Program-made: the position numbers and the translations under genes
The notes under the pieces: model-generated
Database searches by the model: none
What the model was told of the DNA's origin: nothing
The model's input: only the letters and a program-made list of their open reading frames with translations
DNA from: Chara braunii
Taxonomy: Eukaryota > Plantae > Charophyceae
DNA length: 64,000 bases
NCBI GenBank assembly: GCA_003427395.1
Contig: BFEA01000014.1
Location: 1,197,477 to 1,261,476 of the forward strand
Direction of reading: 5' to 3'
Shown: positions 61,777-64,000 of the stretch, piece by piece
Layout of the letters: every line of letters begins with the position of its first letter
Position numbering within the stretch: position 1 is the stretch's first letter

Positions 61777-62507
61777 CCGGCGTCGCCATCTCGACACCAG
61801 GCTCTCGTCTTCTTGTCTTTCTTCAGCATCTGGTTGGATTCATTCTCCGTGTTGTCCTCCTCCTCCTCCCCTTCCTCCTCGCCGACCTGCTGCCGTAGCT
61901 GCCACTGTTCTTCTGTTTCGTACTACTCTGCTGCTGTCTGCTTCAGAAATCTGCCACGTGGGTTCACCAACGAAGATGTGCGTTGGCGGGAACATCCTTG
62001 CTGGATTTTGCCTTATCTGTTTCGTCGGGGCTTTCCCTCGATGATGACTTATCCCTTTGATGTTGCCACATTGTAATCGTGACAACTGTGCATCATCGGC
62101 AACGAGAGAGAAAAAAATGGCTACGGAGGGGGAGGGGGGTAGTTGAGGTATGGTGGAATAAGTGAAGGGTTTTGTGAAGCCTCTCCTCTCCTCTCCTCGA
62201 CTAGGTGTATTGGTACTGACTGTCTTTTATGCTTCTTGCTCTCGAAGAAGGGGAGGGAGAGAGAGAGAGAGAGAGGTGACTCCCTGGAAGCTCCCTATTT
62301 GTGCAGACAGAGTAGCATTGTCGTTTTTAGACTCTGCTTTCGTCGGTCTGGGGGCTATCATCCTTGCTGGTCAATTACTTGGTCTTTTCATTGACATGAA
62401 TCTGCACATGATCTGCACATGCTCTGCACATTCTTTGCAGATTTTCTGCATAAGGTAATAAGGGAGGAGGAGGAGGAGGAGGAGGCGGTAGTGTGTTGCA
62501 GTTGTGT

Positions 62508-62509
<2 letters not shown>

Positions 62510-62584
<75 letters not shown>
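62510..62584. repeat. (GA)n microsatellite
   Basis: Seen directly in the sequence. Confidence 0.95.
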
Positions 62585-62587
<3 letters not shown>

Positions 62588-62795
62588 GTGGATGGAAAAG
62601 AAGAGAGTGGAGAATCGGAGATTCTGCAGGTTGTCTGAACGGTCTAATAAGAGAGGGAGAAGGAGGTGGTGGTGGACAAGACCACCCCTTTTGTGAACAA
62701 GAGAGAGCAGTGTGTGCGTACAACACACAGACACACAGAGAAGGCAGAGTAGGAGGTCTTTTTTTTTTGTGGATGAAAAGCAAGAGGGGTGGGAA

Positions 62796-63017
62796 ATGGC
62801 TGCGAAGCCCAATCCTCTCTTGACGTTAGAGCTAGGCGTACAGCGAAGCGCATGGGGCAATCAGTCTGAGAGCTCTGGAGGAGGATCGGGGAGCGGTGCA
62901 GTGGCCGGTGGAGTTGTGAGCGGGGTCGCATGTGGAGGTACTGCCAGCAATGCAGGTGGAGCTCTCGCGACGGCTCTTTCGCATCGAATACCTCTCTCAG
63001 AAAGAACTAATTTGGAG
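62796..63017 (+). CDS. Probable first coding exon of an unidentified host gene (Gly/Ser-rich N-terminus with an RxxLxxxxN D-box)
   Basis: Good start context GAAATGGC; 74 open codons MAAKPNPLL...HRIPLSERTNLE; phase-0 donor GAG|GTAGGT followed by a CT-rich intron-like tract; lies downstream of (GA)n. Confidence 0.5.
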
Positions 63018-63054
63018 GTAGGTGATTCTCCAATCAGGGTAGATCATCATCTAC

Positions 63055-63595
63055 CCTTCCCTACCTTTCCCCATACCTCCCTCCCTCCCTCTCTTTCTTT
63101 CTTTCCCCTGCCTACCTTTTCCTTTTCTCTCTTTCACTCCCTCTCTTTCCCTCTCCCTCTCCTTCTCTCCGTCTCTCCCCCTTCCCTCCTTCACTTTCCC
63201 TCTCCCTCTCCTTCTCCTCCTCCCTCCCTCTCTTTCCCTCTCCTCTCCTTCTCCCTCTCCCTCTCCCTCTCCCACTCTTCCCTCCCTCTCTGTCCCTCTC
63301 CTCTCTCCTCTTCCCTCCCTCTCTCTCCCTCTCCTCTCTCCTCTTCCGTCCTATTCTCCCTCTCCCTCTCTCGTCTTCCGTCCTATTCTCCCTCTCCCTC
63401 ACTCCTCTTCCTATTGTTCTTTCTCTCTTTCCCTCTCTTTCCCCCTCTTTCCCTCTCTTTCCCTCTCTTTCCCTCTCTTTCCCTCTGCTTCTCTCCTTCC
63501 CCTCTCAACCCCCCCCTTTCTCTCTCTCTCTTTCACCCGGTCTTTCTCCCTCTCTCCCTTTCACTCTTCACCCCCATTCCTCCACCTCTTTCCTT
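63055..63595. repeat. Polypyrimidine low-complexity tract
   Basis: Nearly pure C/T for about 540 bp. Confidence 0.9.
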
Positions 63596-63718
63596 GATGA
63601 CATTCTTAAACCGTCGTCGTTGTCCTTTCCTTTTTTGGAAAGGGTGATGGCCTGCAGATATCATCTTTACACCGACCGCCGCCAGGTAAATTGGAGTTAT
63701 TTACTCAACTACTGAGTT

Positions 63719-63892
63719 GATTGGGATTCGAATCGAGGTCTGTATTTCAACTACCTTCTTCCCCCGAATACAACGTACGGTAATTATAGCTGTATTTGGG
63801 GTATCTTTCAGTCTAAATACAGCCATAATGACCGTACGTTGTATTCGGGGGAAGAAGGTAGTCATAGGTGTCCCAACTGAGCTAGGCCCGTT
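63719..63892 (-). mobile_element. tRNA-derived SINE head interrupted by a palindromic mini-MITE (63750-63862)
   Basis: A box TAGCTCAGTTGG and B box ATTCGAATCC are separated by a 113-bp near-perfect palindrome ACTACCTTCTTCCCCCGAATACAACGTACGG.../...CCGTACGTTGTATTCGGGGGAAGAAGGTAGT flanked by CA/CA. Confidence 0.7.
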
Positions 63893-63917
63893 AGGATCGT
63901 TGTCCTTTTCAACCTTC

Positions 63918-64000
63918 TCTTTCTCTTTTCCCTTTTGTCCCTCCCCATTCTCTTTCTCTTTTCCCTTTTGTCCCTCCCCATTCTCTTTCTCTTTTCCCTT
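63918..64000. repeat. 33-bp pyrimidine-rich tandem repeat
   Basis: TCTTTCTCTTTTCCCTTTTGTCCCTCCCCATTC x ~2.5. Confidence 0.8.

Noticed and set aside
62712-63647. 311-aa ORF as one CDS
   Set aside because: The portion after 63017 is a stop-free pyrimidine tract following a good splice donor.

Overview
Repeat-dense eukaryotic DNA, almost entirely decayed mobile elements. The (GA)n tracts, plant-type U6 and style of the Ty3 gag and LINE proteins suggest a streptophyte alga or plant such as Chara, but this is inference. Bases 1-26641 are a nest of four copies of one giant (~7-8 kb) element with TGTC...GACA ends, 4-bp target-site duplications and no gag/pol ORF, most like huge solo LTRs. These elements carry degenerate 25S/28S rRNA segments in both orientations, lineage-specific ~20-bp motif arrays, a ~122-bp tandem repeat, a possible spliced mini-exon and conserved terminal hairpins. 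Bases 27.5-35 kb hold TTAA-flanked MITEs, an L1-type RT remnant, a Ty3 gag remnant and an inverted Penelope-like element with a minimal hammerhead ribozyme. Bases 36-53.8 kb hold two related L1/Tx1-type LINEs tail to tail; one is interrupted by a 2.2-kb solo LTR and MITEs. Bases 54-57.2 kb hold foldback MITEs, a tRNA-like SINE head and a retroposed U6 pseudogene with a TSD. Bases 58-64 kb look like the upstream region of a host gene (GA tracts, CCAAT and G-box arrays) with a probable first coding exon containing a D-box. No intact host gene, rRNA gene, tRNA gene or CRISPR array is supported. All alignments were done by eye.
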